In this document: positions 13,801 to 28,000 of the stretch, piece after piece
Layout of the letters: every line of letters begins with the position of its first letter
Numbering within the stretch: position 1 is the stretch's first letter
Source of the DNA: Tubiluchus corallicola
Taxonomy: Eukaryota; Animalia; Priapulida
Length of the DNA stretch: 64,000 bases
Assembly (NCBI GenBank): GCA_030141605.1
Contig: JAQGDQ010000113.1
Location: 434,001 to 498,000, forward strand
Direction: 5' to 3'
The notes under the pieces: generated by a model
What the model saw: only the letters and a program-made list of their open reading frames with translations
Database searches by the model: none
What the model was told of the DNA's origin: nothing
Made by a program: the position numbers and the translations under genes

Positions 13801-16655
13801 CTCCAAAGCGGATCAGGGGAAGGTGAACAAAACACAGATAATTTCATACAATTACTCATCCCGTGGTGAATTTGAATTCTCCTCTTCGTTTTGGCGCTAT
13901 TGTATAGAACAGAGTGGTTAAGTATGCACGATAGACATGTAAACGTTTGTTTAATACAAAGTGGCAGACATTGCATCCACCAAATGATAGCCGTTATAAA
14001 AAAATAGAGGAAACATATCGTTCGTGGTATCATTGTGGTTTTCTGCACCAAAACACTCAAATTATTGAAAAATTAACAATAGCACTGGCACACGATACCC
14101 AAACATGAGCCAATAATGTGGCACTGGCAAAAACAGAATTCAGTTAAGGACCATACATACAGGCTACCTCAAAAGTCACTCAGAACTCAAAAGTTACATT
14201 TTCTATACTGTTACCTGGCTGCTTATTCGCCCACCTACCCAAACATGAAACCTGCCACCCCATCCACTTACGTTTTGCTTAAAGGCTTAATTATTTTACC
14301 TACTTGATTACGTATACTTACCAACTCTAAAAACTGTTCTTTCAGATAACAATTCTACCTATCTCTTACCTACCTACCAACCTACTAACTACTAATTTGT
14401 CCAATCTGCTTTTAGTACGGTTTGTGCAAATAACCCCTATATGCCGTAAATCAAAACGAAGACGCTAATTGTTTTTTCATAATTAAATCGCCTCTGTCGA
14501 ATAACCAATTAGCAATCTGTTTTGATTAAAATATGATGCGATTTGGACATTAATTAAACGCCGAGTGACAGCAGCCATAACTTAGCAACACACTGACCTA
14601 ATTGATTTAATTAACAGTACTTTTAGAGCTTAAAACTTATTTATTTGTTAATTAAATAAGCCGATACTGTGAAAAACAATGCACCTCAGAATAAGCTTCT
14701 CGGAACTGAGTCAAGCTCGCGCATTTTGCTCACGCTTTATTTGTGCACCGACCTTCAATTTTTATTGGGTTTTTATTGGCAATTCAAACTGTTATTTTAA
14801 AGGTTTGCTAGTTAACAAGTGAAACGGCGACAAAGCAATTTGAGAATTTCACTTAAATGCTCTAGTTTTGTCTGATATGCGCACCTAAAAGACACGCAAG
14901 GTAAAGGCAAGCGAGGAAGAAGCGCTTTCAGTAAACTTCTTTACCGTGACAATAGTTAAAATTTACATAGAGCTAATTAGGACTAGCTCTTGCCTGAAGC
15001 ACTAATTGTGACACGTGACCGCTTTATAAACGGCAAAAATAAAAAACTTTCCTCGTTTAGTAGAAAGCATTTGCTGGCTGTCTTTTTTAACACGTATTGT
15101 TACCTAACGCGCATAAAAAACAGAAGTAAGGAAACAGATTGTTATAGAGCTTGCACGAAGAAAGGAAACTACTGCAGGGTCAATTAAGGCAAAAATTAAC
15201 GTTGTTTAGTATTTTGCCGTTACTTTGGCAATTATTTTAAAAAAAGAAAGTTATTAGAACTAAGCTAACTAAGAATTAAAATTACACTTAGCGAAGAAGG
15301 TAAAAATAATTGTGATGTTTGTGTAAAAACTAATCAATTCATTCACTGGTGAGTTATATAGTCTTATAATTGGCTCTCTACGTTCCTAGCTAGTTTTACG
15401 GGAAAAGGGTTAATTAATTGTAAAGATTCCGATATAGGGAATAGAAAGAAGTATCAATACAATCGTACGGTGAAATTAATAAATTGGAAATTAAAGTGAT
15501 AAATGACACCTGAAATTTAGAGCAATAACGCCACCTATGTATAAGTATAAAATAAACAATCCAACAATACATGACACAAACAAAGCAAGTTATTCAGAAC
15601 GACCTGACAGTTAAATAACGTCACAAACATCTGATTTCGAAAGCAGTTTTTAACCGTGGACAAGAAACTTTATAACATCCTACTCACTAATTCCATTTAA
15701 CTTAAATCATTTCTTTATTCTGGCATCTACTGTAGTGTAACTCCGCCTCAATTAAACGGTTTACGTGTGCGTCATATTTATTTTTTATTCGCCCCGCTTA
15801 GAGTAACATCCCTTTTTCGAGAAAACAAACATCATAATTTTGTCGCCAAAAGAGAGATTTAAGGGGAGCAATCTTACTGCCTTACCCCACGTGAAGCAAG
15901 GCTGCTATTACAACATGCAATCACCCACATTTTCAGAAAAAGTTTATTTTTAACAGACATGTTGCCAGACAGTCTGTATAAAAAACACTGTTTAATGTTT
16001 AACAAGTTTTACATGTCTTCCATAAACAGCTAAGAGGGTGGAAATGTGATTCTCTTCTCAATATCAACATCCCCCACTCACTGCCAAGAATTTGACTGTT
16101 AACCGTGCTCCTTCACAGCCATAATCAACTTAATGGCTGACATATTCGTTCCAAGATTCTAACGTTTTTTCTCCTAAGGGTATTTTACCCATTATGATTA
16201 TGCAACACTGTAACAACAAGTCAGGCTTTAAAGATTATTTTCCTAACTGTTATCGATATGACATCTACACCCACTCATAAATTCCTCTTAGATGAACAAG
16301 CATTCCCGTGCCAGTACAACTTTTTTATCTATTTGTTTAGTTATGCAACATACGATAACCTGGTAAACACCATTCGTAATGGCACTAACACGTGCAACAG
16401 AAACTGAACTTGTCTAAGAAGAGAGGCTTTTTATGCAGAAGTAAAAAGAATTGTTTAGTTTGTTTAGAACAAAAAAGGCTTCCTTTATTCTACTTCTTCG
16501 TTCAGACGTTCAATGCTGACCCACCTACTGTAACTCTGCACATGGGAGTGGTTTTAGTTTATGTACTAAAACATACTTTATATAGGAGTGACAATTAATA
16601 TAGGTGCAATACCTCCAAGCAAGCAAATGTCACACAAAAGGAGATGTTCACTTAC

Positions 16656-16727
16656 AGTAATTGACAATTCCTTTTGCTTAGACCACAAAAAAGTGGACCA
16701 TGGTTATCGTAAGTCTTTTGCATCTGC
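16656..16727 (-). CDS. Candidate 72-nt phase-2/phase-2 exon downstream of the large exon (QMQKTYDNHGPLFCGLSKRNCQL)
   Basis: Acceptor ttgtttcatAG|, donor CT|GTAAGT. The only open frame is the one that continues the 17687 donor. Confidence 0.35.
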
Positions 16728-17686
16728 CTATGAAACAAGTTCACCTATATCAGCATAACGCTATTGTACTCAATCATACAGCTATTTAATCAAACCTACC
16801 GATTCATATTCTAGAAGTCATATTCTACACTTTGAAATTTTTAATTTGTTGCGAACTAATCATTGTCAAATTAAGTTCAACCCACATTAAATGTGGCAAA
16901 ACGGCAGATGATTAATGAATATCTAATGACATCCGCGAAAGATGTTAATTACGCCTACCTTGCCTAGGGGGACATTAATCAAGCGGTACAGTAGGTACCC
17001 AAGCGATTAAATTAAATAATGTGTAACACCGTGTAGCAGTCACTGAATAGAAATCTTAAAACTTATCATACTCGTACTGAAGGTTGAGGAACGGTATTGC
17101 AGAGTTGGGAAAACGGGCCACAAACCGTGAACCACTACCTACGAGACTCAGCCCGTCTTTGACTCATGACCCATCAGAGGTGAAGTGACTCAGAAAGAAC
17201 CAATTTCAAATTTTCTGCTTTTCCATTTCACTGGAGACATCATTCATTATTGAAAATTTACTGTACAACGTATTTTTTAACGATTCACAGAAATTCCAGG
17301 AATTCCACAAAATTCCACAGAAATTCCAATTCAAAATGACTCTAACAAATAAAAATTGTAAGACACTACAGTACTTCTTAGTATTTGGGTCACTTGGCCT
17401 CAGAACGACATCCACTCCAACAACAAGCACAAACAGGGCGACCCATACGATTGTATTTAACGCAACGTAATGTAAATTGTTATGTAATGTAAATGCTAGT
17501 AAAAGTCCACCACTTTAAACTATACTACTTTGCAAACAACAATTGCCATAGGTATGTTATGAACAGGTTATGAATTATCCCTTAACAACTTTATGATTTC
17601 GTTATATGAAAAGGAACTCTTGTACCAAACATTGCAATACATGTATTGAAAACAGGTGTGTCTAAGCAAATAACAACGTTACTTAC

Positions 17687-19995
17687 CTTTGCGATCGTTG
17701 TCTTTGCAGCATCCGGTTACCATGGTTATCTGCAAAGACGTCATCATCTTCATCGCCTCCAAGGGATGTGCATCCATAGGGGGTCATGGCATAGTTAATA
17801 AGGTCCAGAATGCTATCACCAGGTTTTGAGCATCGTTGAATGTTGGAGCTACTGAATGAATCTGACAAACTAGCACAACTTAAATTCAAATTGCTGTGAG
17901 TTCGAGTCAGTTTGTTGCTGTTGTTTATTGAATTCACATCTACAGACATGCAGCACCTGTCTCCAGCAGGTCGAGCCTGCAGGTATTCGTTACTTCCTAA
18001 CCAACTAATTCTTTCATCCCGAGTTTTTGTTACCCCTAACTGTTGTGCAAGAGGAGAATTCGATCGATTCTGATAACTGGCAAATCGACTGATCTGATCA
18101 AGATTTTGTCTGGAATCTTCTCTGTGAGGTGAATGTGTGGCACTTCTGGTGACCTCACAAAGTTTTATCTGCTTAGTATGGTGTAAACTAGAAAAAGATT
18201 TTTCATTCTCGCTAGCAATACTACTAGAGTTGTGTCTGTTACTTACAGAATGATGTTCACTTTTCAAATCTTCTACAGTGCCACTAAGATTAGTCAAACG
18301 AGAATTTATGTTTTTATCAAGTTTTGCCGTTTCCAGCTTGCGAGAATGAATGCGATCTATAGATATAGCACCCAGGCCAAGGCCCATGGCTAGGACACCT
18401 TCTTGCACAGCATATGGTCTTGGATATTGGTGTTTTTCGTGATGCTTTTCCATTGGTACGTCCTTAATTTCAGACGTAATTGGCACGTCTGCACTACTAA
18501 TTTCATATAATATCTCGTCGTTCACAGTATGGTCAGGTGTGGCCATGTCGATCCTGTTGCGTTTGTGGTGGATTTGGCTGAGAACCTTTTGGTCCAAATC
18601 TCTGCTACTAACACTGAACTGATCTAAAGGTTCTTTGTACTTAGCGCTGTTATAGCCTACCGAAAGTTTTAATTCGGATGCACCATTATAAGCACCACTT
18701 GACACCACATTTTCTTCAGCTTCCTGCTGAGTTAATTGCGATCCCAAATTACAGACTAATGCTTTATCCACACACGACTTTTTATAAACAGGTCCTTTTC
18801 TAAATCTGAAATGTTTTGTGTCTGTACAAGTCAGATCATTCGATTTTTCGCGTGCGTCAGCATAGTTTGTTTTAAGCAAAGTTGTCGAACATAGGTTAGC
18901 ACCGTACACGTGGTCCAAAGTTCGACTGTATTCTCTAGATATCGATGGTCCACGATCAGATTGCGAGCTGAGACTAGAATGTGAACTTGATTTGTCTGTC
19001 ACATCACTACATGAAGTGAAAAAACTAGAAGTGTCTGAATGGCAGGTTAATTCAGTGGACGCACAACTTTTCAAGCGCCACTGGTGTTCGCTTGAACTGC
19101 TGTTTATAGAATTATCACGACACACATATACTTCTCTCGTATGAACAGGAAAATGTTGAATATTACAGTCTGAGTTAAGACTGTCTGAACTGGTCGAGGA
19201 TGCACTAGGTGCAAAACTTGTTGGCAAATTCCACACGCTATACGCTCTTTGCTGTACCGCAGGTTTATGAGAGTCTAAAAATTCCTCTGATCTACACCTC
19301 TCATAAAAGCTATTATCTGATTCAAGGACGCAGTCAACCTCCTCTTCACGCACAAAACTTTCATCCCGCGGAAAATTATCCCCCACTTTTTTCTCACCCT
19401 GTAGTTTGGAACGATACCAGTTTTTCAACTTGTCAATGCTCTTTTTCTTCTCCGCACTAGCGCACTTAACTGGAACTTCCGGGCGTTCGGGAAAATCTTC
19501 CAAGAAATCACGTGGCAAGACTGCGACGCTGTGTCTTTTCTTCCGGTCAAGTGTAGTACATTTACGTGTGTCACTGACAGACAAAGTTTTCTTCTTAGGT
19601 TGAAGAGTGCTAAAAGGTCTACTTAAGTCAAATAAACTCCCAAATGAGTTTGACACAGATTTTAAATTGGTTCTTTGCACTTTTTGTGCATTTCCGTCAT
19701 CAAGTGCTGAAATATTTCGACGCACATCGTTACTGGCACAGTGTTCGTCGATGGTATCTATATCTGGTTTCAATCGCGAGTATTTGCCAAAGTTCAACCA
19801 ACTTCTGCGCTTTCGTTTTCCGGCATCCGGAAGAGAATGCCTACAATTAAAGGACGTACTATGTCCAGGGAGGGCACCCCTGGAGGAGTCCAACATCTTA
19901 TCTTGGGGAGCCTTCTCCTCCACCCGAGAGTAGAGCGCGATGCACAGCAACACACCTGCTGCCAACACGTACAAAACTTGAATGAATTCAAGCAT
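17687..19995 (-). CDS. Very large first coding exon (~769 codons): N-terminal hydrophobic anchor and long Ser-rich disordered region; gene continues leftwards
   Basis: 2.3-kb stop-free frame in AT-rich DNA, starting MLEFIQVLYVLAAGVLLCIALYSR. The apparent stop (AGG TAA) is a perfect donor AAAG|GTAAGT at 17687/17686 (phase 2). Many RxxS sites, and EDDDVF near the end. No catalytic domain recognised. Confidence 0.9.
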
Positions 19996-22563
19996 GATTA
20001 GTGCTCACTCTATACCCTCAGGTAAAATTCAAAGATGACCGTCGATAAGATCCAATGAGCTCCTTCCTAGTTTTTCTGCATGATATATCACAGCGTGTAA
20101 TGGAACACACATACAATAGCTTTTAAAGATTAATAAAGCAAGTTAAATCGTCTCTTCACCTCTCAACACCTGCAAACTCGTCATTTCCTTCTTTCAAATC
20201 AGACAATACAAGAACTTTCGCAAATTCCTCTGTATTTTCAGTACGATTCTGTCACGCGTTTAAACAGTCCCGCACGTAAAAAGTCAAGCTATAAATTCTA
20301 TTGTTGTCGAAAAGCTCTTGGCTAAATATCTTAAACAAAACGTACGACTTGACTCGCTTCACAATAGACCGGACAGTTTAGACGAGGGATTAAAAAAAAT
20401 CTGTAGATTCCTGCATCCTGCATCCTGATTAGGCTTTTCCTGGCTCACTTGTGTGCAAATTCTTATCCAGCACAAATTTTATGCAAACACAACGAAGAGC
20501 ACATGCCTTGTCATCAAACTAAATTAACAAAAATAGTGCCCTAAAAATGTCCAAGTTAAAGTGGATTGGCTTTGCGTTTTGCCAGGTCCGTCATTTCAGA
20601 ACTGTTTTGTTATTTATTCATGTTTGACAGCTCAGTTTGCATTCCGTGTACAACAAAGCTTATAAATAAATCACCTGCTTTTATTTGCACAAATAAAAAA
20701 TACAGCAGCAAATTTTAGATCTGTTCTTTTATTAATTGTACAAGGTGTTTCAAAAGTTTTGTTAAATTTATATCTGAAACTTGGTAGTACCATGATAATT
20801 CAGCAAACAAGACTTGGTATATTTTCATTTATTTTTATTATTTAAAGTTTATTTCAGCACACAAAAATGTTACATAAATGTTAAACTTTACGCTAAAAAA
20901 CTAAAAAACATTGTTATAGCATGCACTATTAAAAGAGCTAGAGATACATACAAAAAGTATAATAAAAAATTATATATAAAATTACGAAGTTAAAAACCAC
21001 CGGTTAATATATCAGTAAATCAGACCATTTCCTAGATATTCTACTATAAAATCGTGGGTCAGTTTGATGGCATATATGACTTACAATAGCATTATAGAAA
21101 TAGCCTCAAAAAGGTACAGAAATAATTGAAGTGTGACTTGAAGTTTGCGTGCCACATTTGTTTACAGGTAATGTGTCCGAGGCCAAGAAAACGTTCGCAC
21201 TATCCTGTTGGTTCAGCAGACACCGCTAGGGTTACTGAATCCTGCTGTGTTCCACAAACACACAAAATAGCGCCTGGTCAGAGAGCCTGACAAGTGTGGA
21301 GTGAATGATAACACGAGCAAGCCTATGCCTAATGTCCCTGAATTAAAGAGATTATTAACATATCTTTGCTATATTATTGCCAAATTGCCCGCCATTTTCA
21401 CGTCATCTTAACAGTTCAGTAGCTTACCGCCAAAGATAGGACATCAGATCACACTCAAAATATAACTGCTTGAGGGTGAATGGCGTGGTTGGTGGTCTGA
21501 CTGGACACTGGAAGTTTGACAATGTTCGCTAACTATTTGAACTAGCGCAGAATAATTTTAAAGAAGGACAACGTGACCTAGTATCTAGTGTATGTAAAAA
21601 ACTGCAACCATATTTTTTGTTTATTCAATTGCTTGTTCGTTTACTTGATTTAACGTCAATGTGATTCAATTTGACATCCAAAAGCGCATAACATGACATT
21701 CTTGTAACTATAGGGCATGTGTTGACTATCTAATGCCTGACATGGAAAGTTAGCCAATGTTACGCAATACAACACACAAGGCTGTTCTCACTACTTCCTA
21801 CCCAAATGTTGTTTGCTAATTTACTGCGGATCCTGTTATGCAGAATAGACTAATAACTTGCATCAAAGTAGCATCGTCAATATTTATGTAAAGTTTAGTT
21901 AACGGCATACTGAAAGCAGAATTTTTAATTTGAATAATCAACCATAAGGTGGTCCATGCATACAAACACCAAAGACATTTTGTCAAGCCACATAGGAATA
22001 AAGGGAAGGTCTAGAACTACAAATAGACTAACATTATATTTATTAGTATTATAAATGATTTTGACAAATTTTTCTTAATTTGTTATACAATGGTATGATA
22101 CAATGATGTTATACAAGGCGAAAACTCAGCTCGTTGAGATCTGAACTGAATGGCCAAAAAGCGGTTGATTTTTCCTACAAAAATAAATTAAATAGAATAT
22201 TTGTCTGAGCGAAAACTTAGATTTACGTGGGCAGAAAGGAGGGGGGTCGGCGAAGAGAACATTGGGCACTTTTCTGTAACCATTTTGAGTGCTAAGCAGG
22301 ACCATTTGACAAGCACATGATTGTCTTCTCTCACTGTTAGCCCGCGCTCCTGCAATTTTATATTTCTAATTAAAGTCAATACGCTCAATGGCAAGACGGA
22401 AAAACGACAAAAAAGACAAAAGACACTAATGATAGTCGCCGGAACAACAGACAACACTAGCCATAGCAACCATAAGCGACCCTTAACAAACACAACAACA
22501 CTGACTGAGACGCCACAAATAAATAACACAAGAAATACATGTAACTTGTTTTGCGCCGAAGCA

Positions 22564-22634
22564 GGTAGTCATGAGATTCGAACTCGTGAGTAGCGCCCAC
22601 AGTCCGTTGTTTTAATCATTCATCCACCCCTACC
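22564..22634 (-). pseudogene. Degenerate tRNA-Ser-like relic or SINE head
   Basis: Minus strand GGTAGGGGTGGATGAATGATTAA..GGACT..GAGTTCGAATCTCATGACTACC resembles the GTAGTCGTGGCCGAGTGGTTAAG..GGTTCGAATCC..GACTACG tRNA-Ser scaffold; the anticodon arm is broken. Confidence 0.5.
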
Positions 22635-23719
22635 ATCGGATAAACGAATGGTCATCTCAAAATAAAGTAACGTTAAACTTGCTAATAAGTGCATGGATGA
22701 TTGTCGGGAAAACTGTTTGCTGTTTTCTCCTCAAGAGAAGATGTAGATATACCTAACGAGGTTAATCGACACTGCAGTTTAATATCCGATCTCCCATTTT
22801 AAAAGACTACTAGGAAAAATTAACTATTAATCCGGTTCGCCGACTACGATCAAAATTTGTATCATATGCGTCGTTACTGACTCCAGTACAAAGGACGAGC
22901 AGTTTAAGCTGCATAACTCAAGACAATCTGTTTTCAAAACAAAAGAAAACGTCTGGGAGTTTGGGGACAGCACACCTGATAACCATACTACAGGCAAACA
23001 ATCACTCACATGAAGGGACGAACAATCAAACAGAAACAAAAAGATGGTCATCAAAAGCCATGAGCAATTTTGAGGGTTCTAAAAGTAACCTGCTGCTCGT
23101 GGAAGCCAACTTGCCAAACAGACAAACAGACAGGTAAATGCGAAGCAACTCTCAGAAAACAGTTGCTGTTCGAGCAACATCAACCCTGCGCATTTGGAAA
23201 TCATAAATAAAACGTGCTGCCCTCCCGTGGCTGAAAAATAAAAAATATTGTCTGCGGCACCTGCCCGGTTAAACGCATCATAATTCTAGCGGAAACCTTT
23301 GCTCATGGGAAATGTTTTGCTGCAGCGCTGATGTTTTCAGTTGGCTGTGGAAAGTCTATAGAGTCGCAAACCATGTAAACAGATGAATTCGACCTCGTAT
23401 TTTAAACGGAGCGAGAAAATTTTCGGGTTGTATTGCAATTGAAACGCAGATAAAAGTAATTTATTACCCGCGGTAGTCATTATCGTAAATAACCGCGGAA
23501 CGCATACGACTGCAACAAGATTTAAAATTCAAAATGGCGAGATGAATAAACTGTTTGTTGATTTACGAGCGTGTAAACAGTAAACACACGCGGGTGCCAG
23601 TAATGCGAATGAGCATTATACTAGACACCATGACTCAAAAAATATTTTAAAATAAACGGTAAACAGTTAGTGAATGTTTTATAGAAATCATCCCAAGTTA
23701 GGCCACTGGTCAATCTGGT

Positions 23720-24242
23720 CACAGACTGTGGGAAGTTAGTGTAATTATAACGTTGAAAGTCTGTAAAAATTGTTTGCTGTTAGATTTAAACAGGTTTCCC
23801 TTAATTGTAGATGATCGAAGATTAGCAAAGTAGGAGAGCGACAGTTGAAAAGTTCGCCCCACAAATCGAGGTACGTTGCCTATGTGAAAGAAATTTTTCG
23901 TCCCAGGCACATCTGATTTGTATGTGAATGGCACTGTAACACTGTCAGTGGAACATATGTCTCTCATCTAGACAAATGCTCTATTGACAGTGTTACAGTG
24001 CCATTCAAATACAAATCAGACCTGCTCGGGACGAAAAAGAATCATGAAAATAATACGGTTAAAATATTTATTTCTTTTACACAGGCAACGTACCTCGGTG
24101 TGTGGCGCCAGCTTTTCAACTGTCGCTCTCCCACTTTGCTAATCTTCACTCATCTACAGTTAAAGGAAACATGCTTAAATCTAATAGCAAGCAATTTTAC
24201 AGGCTTTAAACAGTATAACTACACCAATCCCCCACAAACGTG
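23720..24242. mobile_element. Palindromic (foldback) MITE, ~520 bp
   Basis: The two halves are reverse complements over almost the whole length (e.g. GGCACTGTAACACTGTCA / TGACAGTGTTACAGTGCC; GAGGTACGTTGCC / GGCAACGTACCTC), centred near 23965. This explains the mutually similar ORFs 23719- and 23998+. Confidence 0.85.
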
Positions 24243-24666
24243 GTACCGAAACACGGAACTATTTCAAATTACTTATAAGGAAAAAAATGCAATTAAAAAT
24301 CGTGACGTTAAATGACAGGCGTCGCGACACAGACATCGTAAATGGGCAAAAAATATGCAACGCATAACCTTAAATTAATTATTATAATCCATATTATGAC
24401 AGTAATTAACTGTCACTACTGCCACCATCTTCATTATCGCCCCCATTCTCACGGTCATTATCATTATTATTAGTAATTGCATAATTCATTGGGTTACAAG
24501 AAGCACTAAAAGCAATACAAAGAATTTTGTACAAAACAAAAAAACGTTTTACTAAATAATTATTACACACGGTCACAAAATTCAATTTCACTTTAAAACA
24601 CATACGTTAAGACACACAATAATATAAGTGAGGCACAATAGCGTCATATCTAAGAAGAAATGCATT

Positions 24667-25088
24667 CAGGGCCGGCTCTAGGTAGTTTGACGCCCTAGGT
24701 AAAGTATATTTAGCGTCCCTCCTCAACAGTCAACCCCTTTCTTCACAGTTTCCACCGCGCCCCCAATAATGCACGAAAATAATGCAACTAGTTCGTTTCA
24801 TTTAATTAGCGTTATGCACTTAAGGAATTACACACACACACACACTACGCTATTACTTAGGCTAAACTTCAAAATTAGAAAATTGCATCCAGATATTAGT
24901 GCCCTCCCAAAATTTGGCGCACTAGGCAACACCAGTGAAGAGGAGAACAAAAAGGAAACTTATGCACGAAAAAACTAAAACTCCTAACACGTTAAAGCCA
25001 TTGTAAACAAAACAAGAAATCTTTTTAAACAAACGTCTTTACAAACTGGCGTAACTGCCTAGTTTGCCTAATAGTAGAGCCGGTCCTG
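24667..25088. mobile_element. hAT-type MITE
   Basis: TIRs CAGGGCCGGCTCTA / TAGAGCCGGTCCTG; target-site duplication not preserved. Confidence 0.8.
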
Positions 25089-28000
25089 GACGTGTATTTT
25101 GCACCTACACTGTACACTCAAACACCTACACATATACATAATAAGCAGACGATGAAAGCCATTATCGACACGATTTATATAAAAGGCGCTTCTACTAATG
25201 CTTGTAGTGTGTTAAGTGAATGTGCATTCTAGAACATTCCACACCCGAATTTTTAAACAGGATATTTGTCCTAGTTCCCACTCGACAATGCCACTTCAAC
25301 ATATTTGCTGAGAAGCGCCGAATCAGCGTCAACAAACGGAAATCGCGCGTTTGCAACTTTACACATTCAGTCATTCGCGGTTTAAGTAAGATGTTATTGG
25401 TTGCGCTTTTTGCCTATTAAACATAATTTACAAGAAGGTATTTTTGCAGAAATTACTGCGCAATACCTGAACGCTTAAAGCCAATGATGAAATAAAATCG
25501 CAATTATTAATTTTTGAAAGGCAGGAAATGTGAAAGAAGTAAAGCTTAGTCTAGATTTGAACCAGGATCTTTTGCATTACATGTCAAACTAAACACAAGT
25601 TTAAGCTATGTTACTAAAAATAAGGCATCAAGTTAATATCTCCAAAACCAAACTAAACCAGTAAGCTATGCTACTGTCAAATAAAAAGAAAAAATAAACT
25701 GAAACATTACCGAAAATATTCTCTGGTTGCTTGCATGATAAGCAGATTTATAAATTCTTCTTTAGAAACAGCTAATATACGCAAACCTTCTACAGATTTA
25801 CTACAAACAATTTCTAATCTACCAAGAATGTACAAACAAGTACGAAAATGTACACAAAATAGAGGACAACTATTATAAAGTGACTTTGAAGTTCCTGTAC
25901 AGCTTTACGAGCAAATATTTAACGTACAGTTTAGAAAGAGAACCACCCAGGTTGAAATTAAAAACATTTTGTCATGTTGTGTAGCTGTTAAACAAACACA
26001 GCATTTATTTTATTGCGTTTGGCACGCTGCAAGACTGAATCCAAAATTCAACGATTAGGTTTACTCAATGCATGCAGCGGGACAGGACACTATCTATTAT
26101 CAAATGTAATCCCTAAGATGAGACAATGAACCGACGGAGGAACGTTCCTTCAATGAGAAAAAATGACTGCAAATATGATTGAATAGATGCAGTTTTCACC
26201 ATGGTCACTGATCCATTTACAACCAGACACAGCGTTTCTCAACCATGAAACTAAGCAAACTAGCTTGGCATTTATGCTATCTGTCTCCCTATATATTATC
26301 AAATTGCCAAAAAACAAATCCATTTCATTCAATTTCAGCTGAGTTAATACAAAATTAACTGTATAATTAATTTCATGGGAAAAGTTCAGCCACAAAATTA
26401 ACTGTTTAAATCATCTGTTAGTAAATACTGTAGGGAAAATTTTTGACATGCGTCACTCGAATAAATGTTTCTTTTAAAAGCTTAGACACAATTATATTGG
26501 CGCTGAATAAACTTTATTAAATAAATTAAATAAATATTAACACAGCTTTGACTCTTTAGTCTTGTACTGCACAACAAGTTCTATATTTTTACATCAAATA
26601 CTTATATCATATACAGTGGATATACCTTAAAATAGTATAATTTTTTACTCAATTTTACGACAAAGGTGTAATTAGTGTTAAAACATGTACACCCCATTAT
26701 GAAAGACGATGCTAAACTTTCGTTAAAACCGTACGATGAGAAAATCTAAACAGGTTGATATTCCTAAACTCATGTCAACAATGGTAACTAATCTCTTCTT
26801 AACCCAATGAGTTTGCAATAACGACTTTTCAGAAGTGAGAACATCCAAATTGGTTAATTTAAATATTGGAAAATTCCAGTAGTTTACCATTCGTGTAGAG
26901 ACAGTAAAAATATTTGTGAAGGAAAACTCGCCACTTTTTCAAGCAGTACCCCCGCTTTTCTTAGTTAAAAGAAATTATGTTTTGCACAAATCCCCTTTCT
27001 TACGAAAAGCGGCTCCGCGCTTTTGCTGTACATGTTATAAACTCAGACAAGTTTCGCAAAACAGTTTTTCACAAATGTTTTTAAGCGTCTCGACAAAACA
27101 CCATAAAATTAATTTGACCTTTTCCGATAGGTAGATTAGTATTTCTATGCTTTGTAGAATACCTTTATAAATGTTTAGCCATATTAAATATATTTATAGG
27201 ACTTTAATGCTTTGCGTCCGGCCTGTTATTGAAAAGCTTCTAAGCTGAGAACAAATGTCCCTGCTGAGATAAAAAGCGACTTTTTTCTGAAATTAATAAA
27301 ATAATATATCTCGTTTTCCGCACGTCCGTCGTGTCGTCCTTAAAAGCATATCAGTCTTAGTTAGTTTAACAGTATTTTAGTTGAGGGCGACACCAACAAT
27401 GTAAACAATTCCAGTAATAGCACGTTTTGCATAATGTGGTGACATCTAGTGACAATAAAAGGAAAAGGTTACGCGTTAGCGCTCCTAATGTTTTACGCTG
27501 CCATAACCGAGAGCTCACAGATTAATGACTCTAAATTATTTAACGAAATGAATTATTTTGTAACTTTACAAAGACGAAATTGTAGACTGCCTCATATAGC
27601 TCACAGATGACGCTCAAACTGAAATGACAGAGCTGGCTGTTCCATCATTAATCTATTCGTAACTTAGCATATACAAGACAACGTAATGGCACCCGCTTTC
27701 TGCATGTTTAGAGCTAACAGATAACATTTGGCATCCATTCAGACTGAGTGAGTATCACGCACACAAACCTTAAAGCTACATAGAATCAAAATAAACATCG
27801 TCGACACAAAATGGCAACAGAGTATAAATCTCCTTCACGCTAAATTGGCTCTCTTTTCCACATATAAATCGACCAAATCGTAATCAATAAAATCCACCGA
27901 CCGTCGTGTTGTCACCAAATTATTACAAGCCATTAACTTTTAATTACTGACGCATGTTTAGTGGCAGAACATTGCAAATAAGCTACCATTGCAAGAGTAG

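Noticed and set aside
13391-14060. Cluster of 60-119-aa ORFs in slightly GC-richer DNA
   Set aside because: No coherent splice signals or recognisable motifs; possibly an old TE fragment.
17683-17686. Stop codon of the 770-aa ORF implying a single-exon gene
   Set aside because: The TAA is part of a perfect AG|GTAAGT donor, so splicing is the better explanation.
1159-19995. Naming the large gene as PDE4, PDE1 or MAST from its exon phases
   Set aside because: No conserved domain sequence is present in the window; architecture alone is not diagnostic.
19209-20001. Several plus-strand and off-frame ORFs overlapping the 770-aa exon
   Set aside because: Antisense or alternative-frame shadows of a real coding exon.
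26150-26395. Possible phase-2 exon (ETDSINAKLVCLVSWLRNAVSGCKW)
   Set aside because: Weak acceptor and no compatible strong donor.
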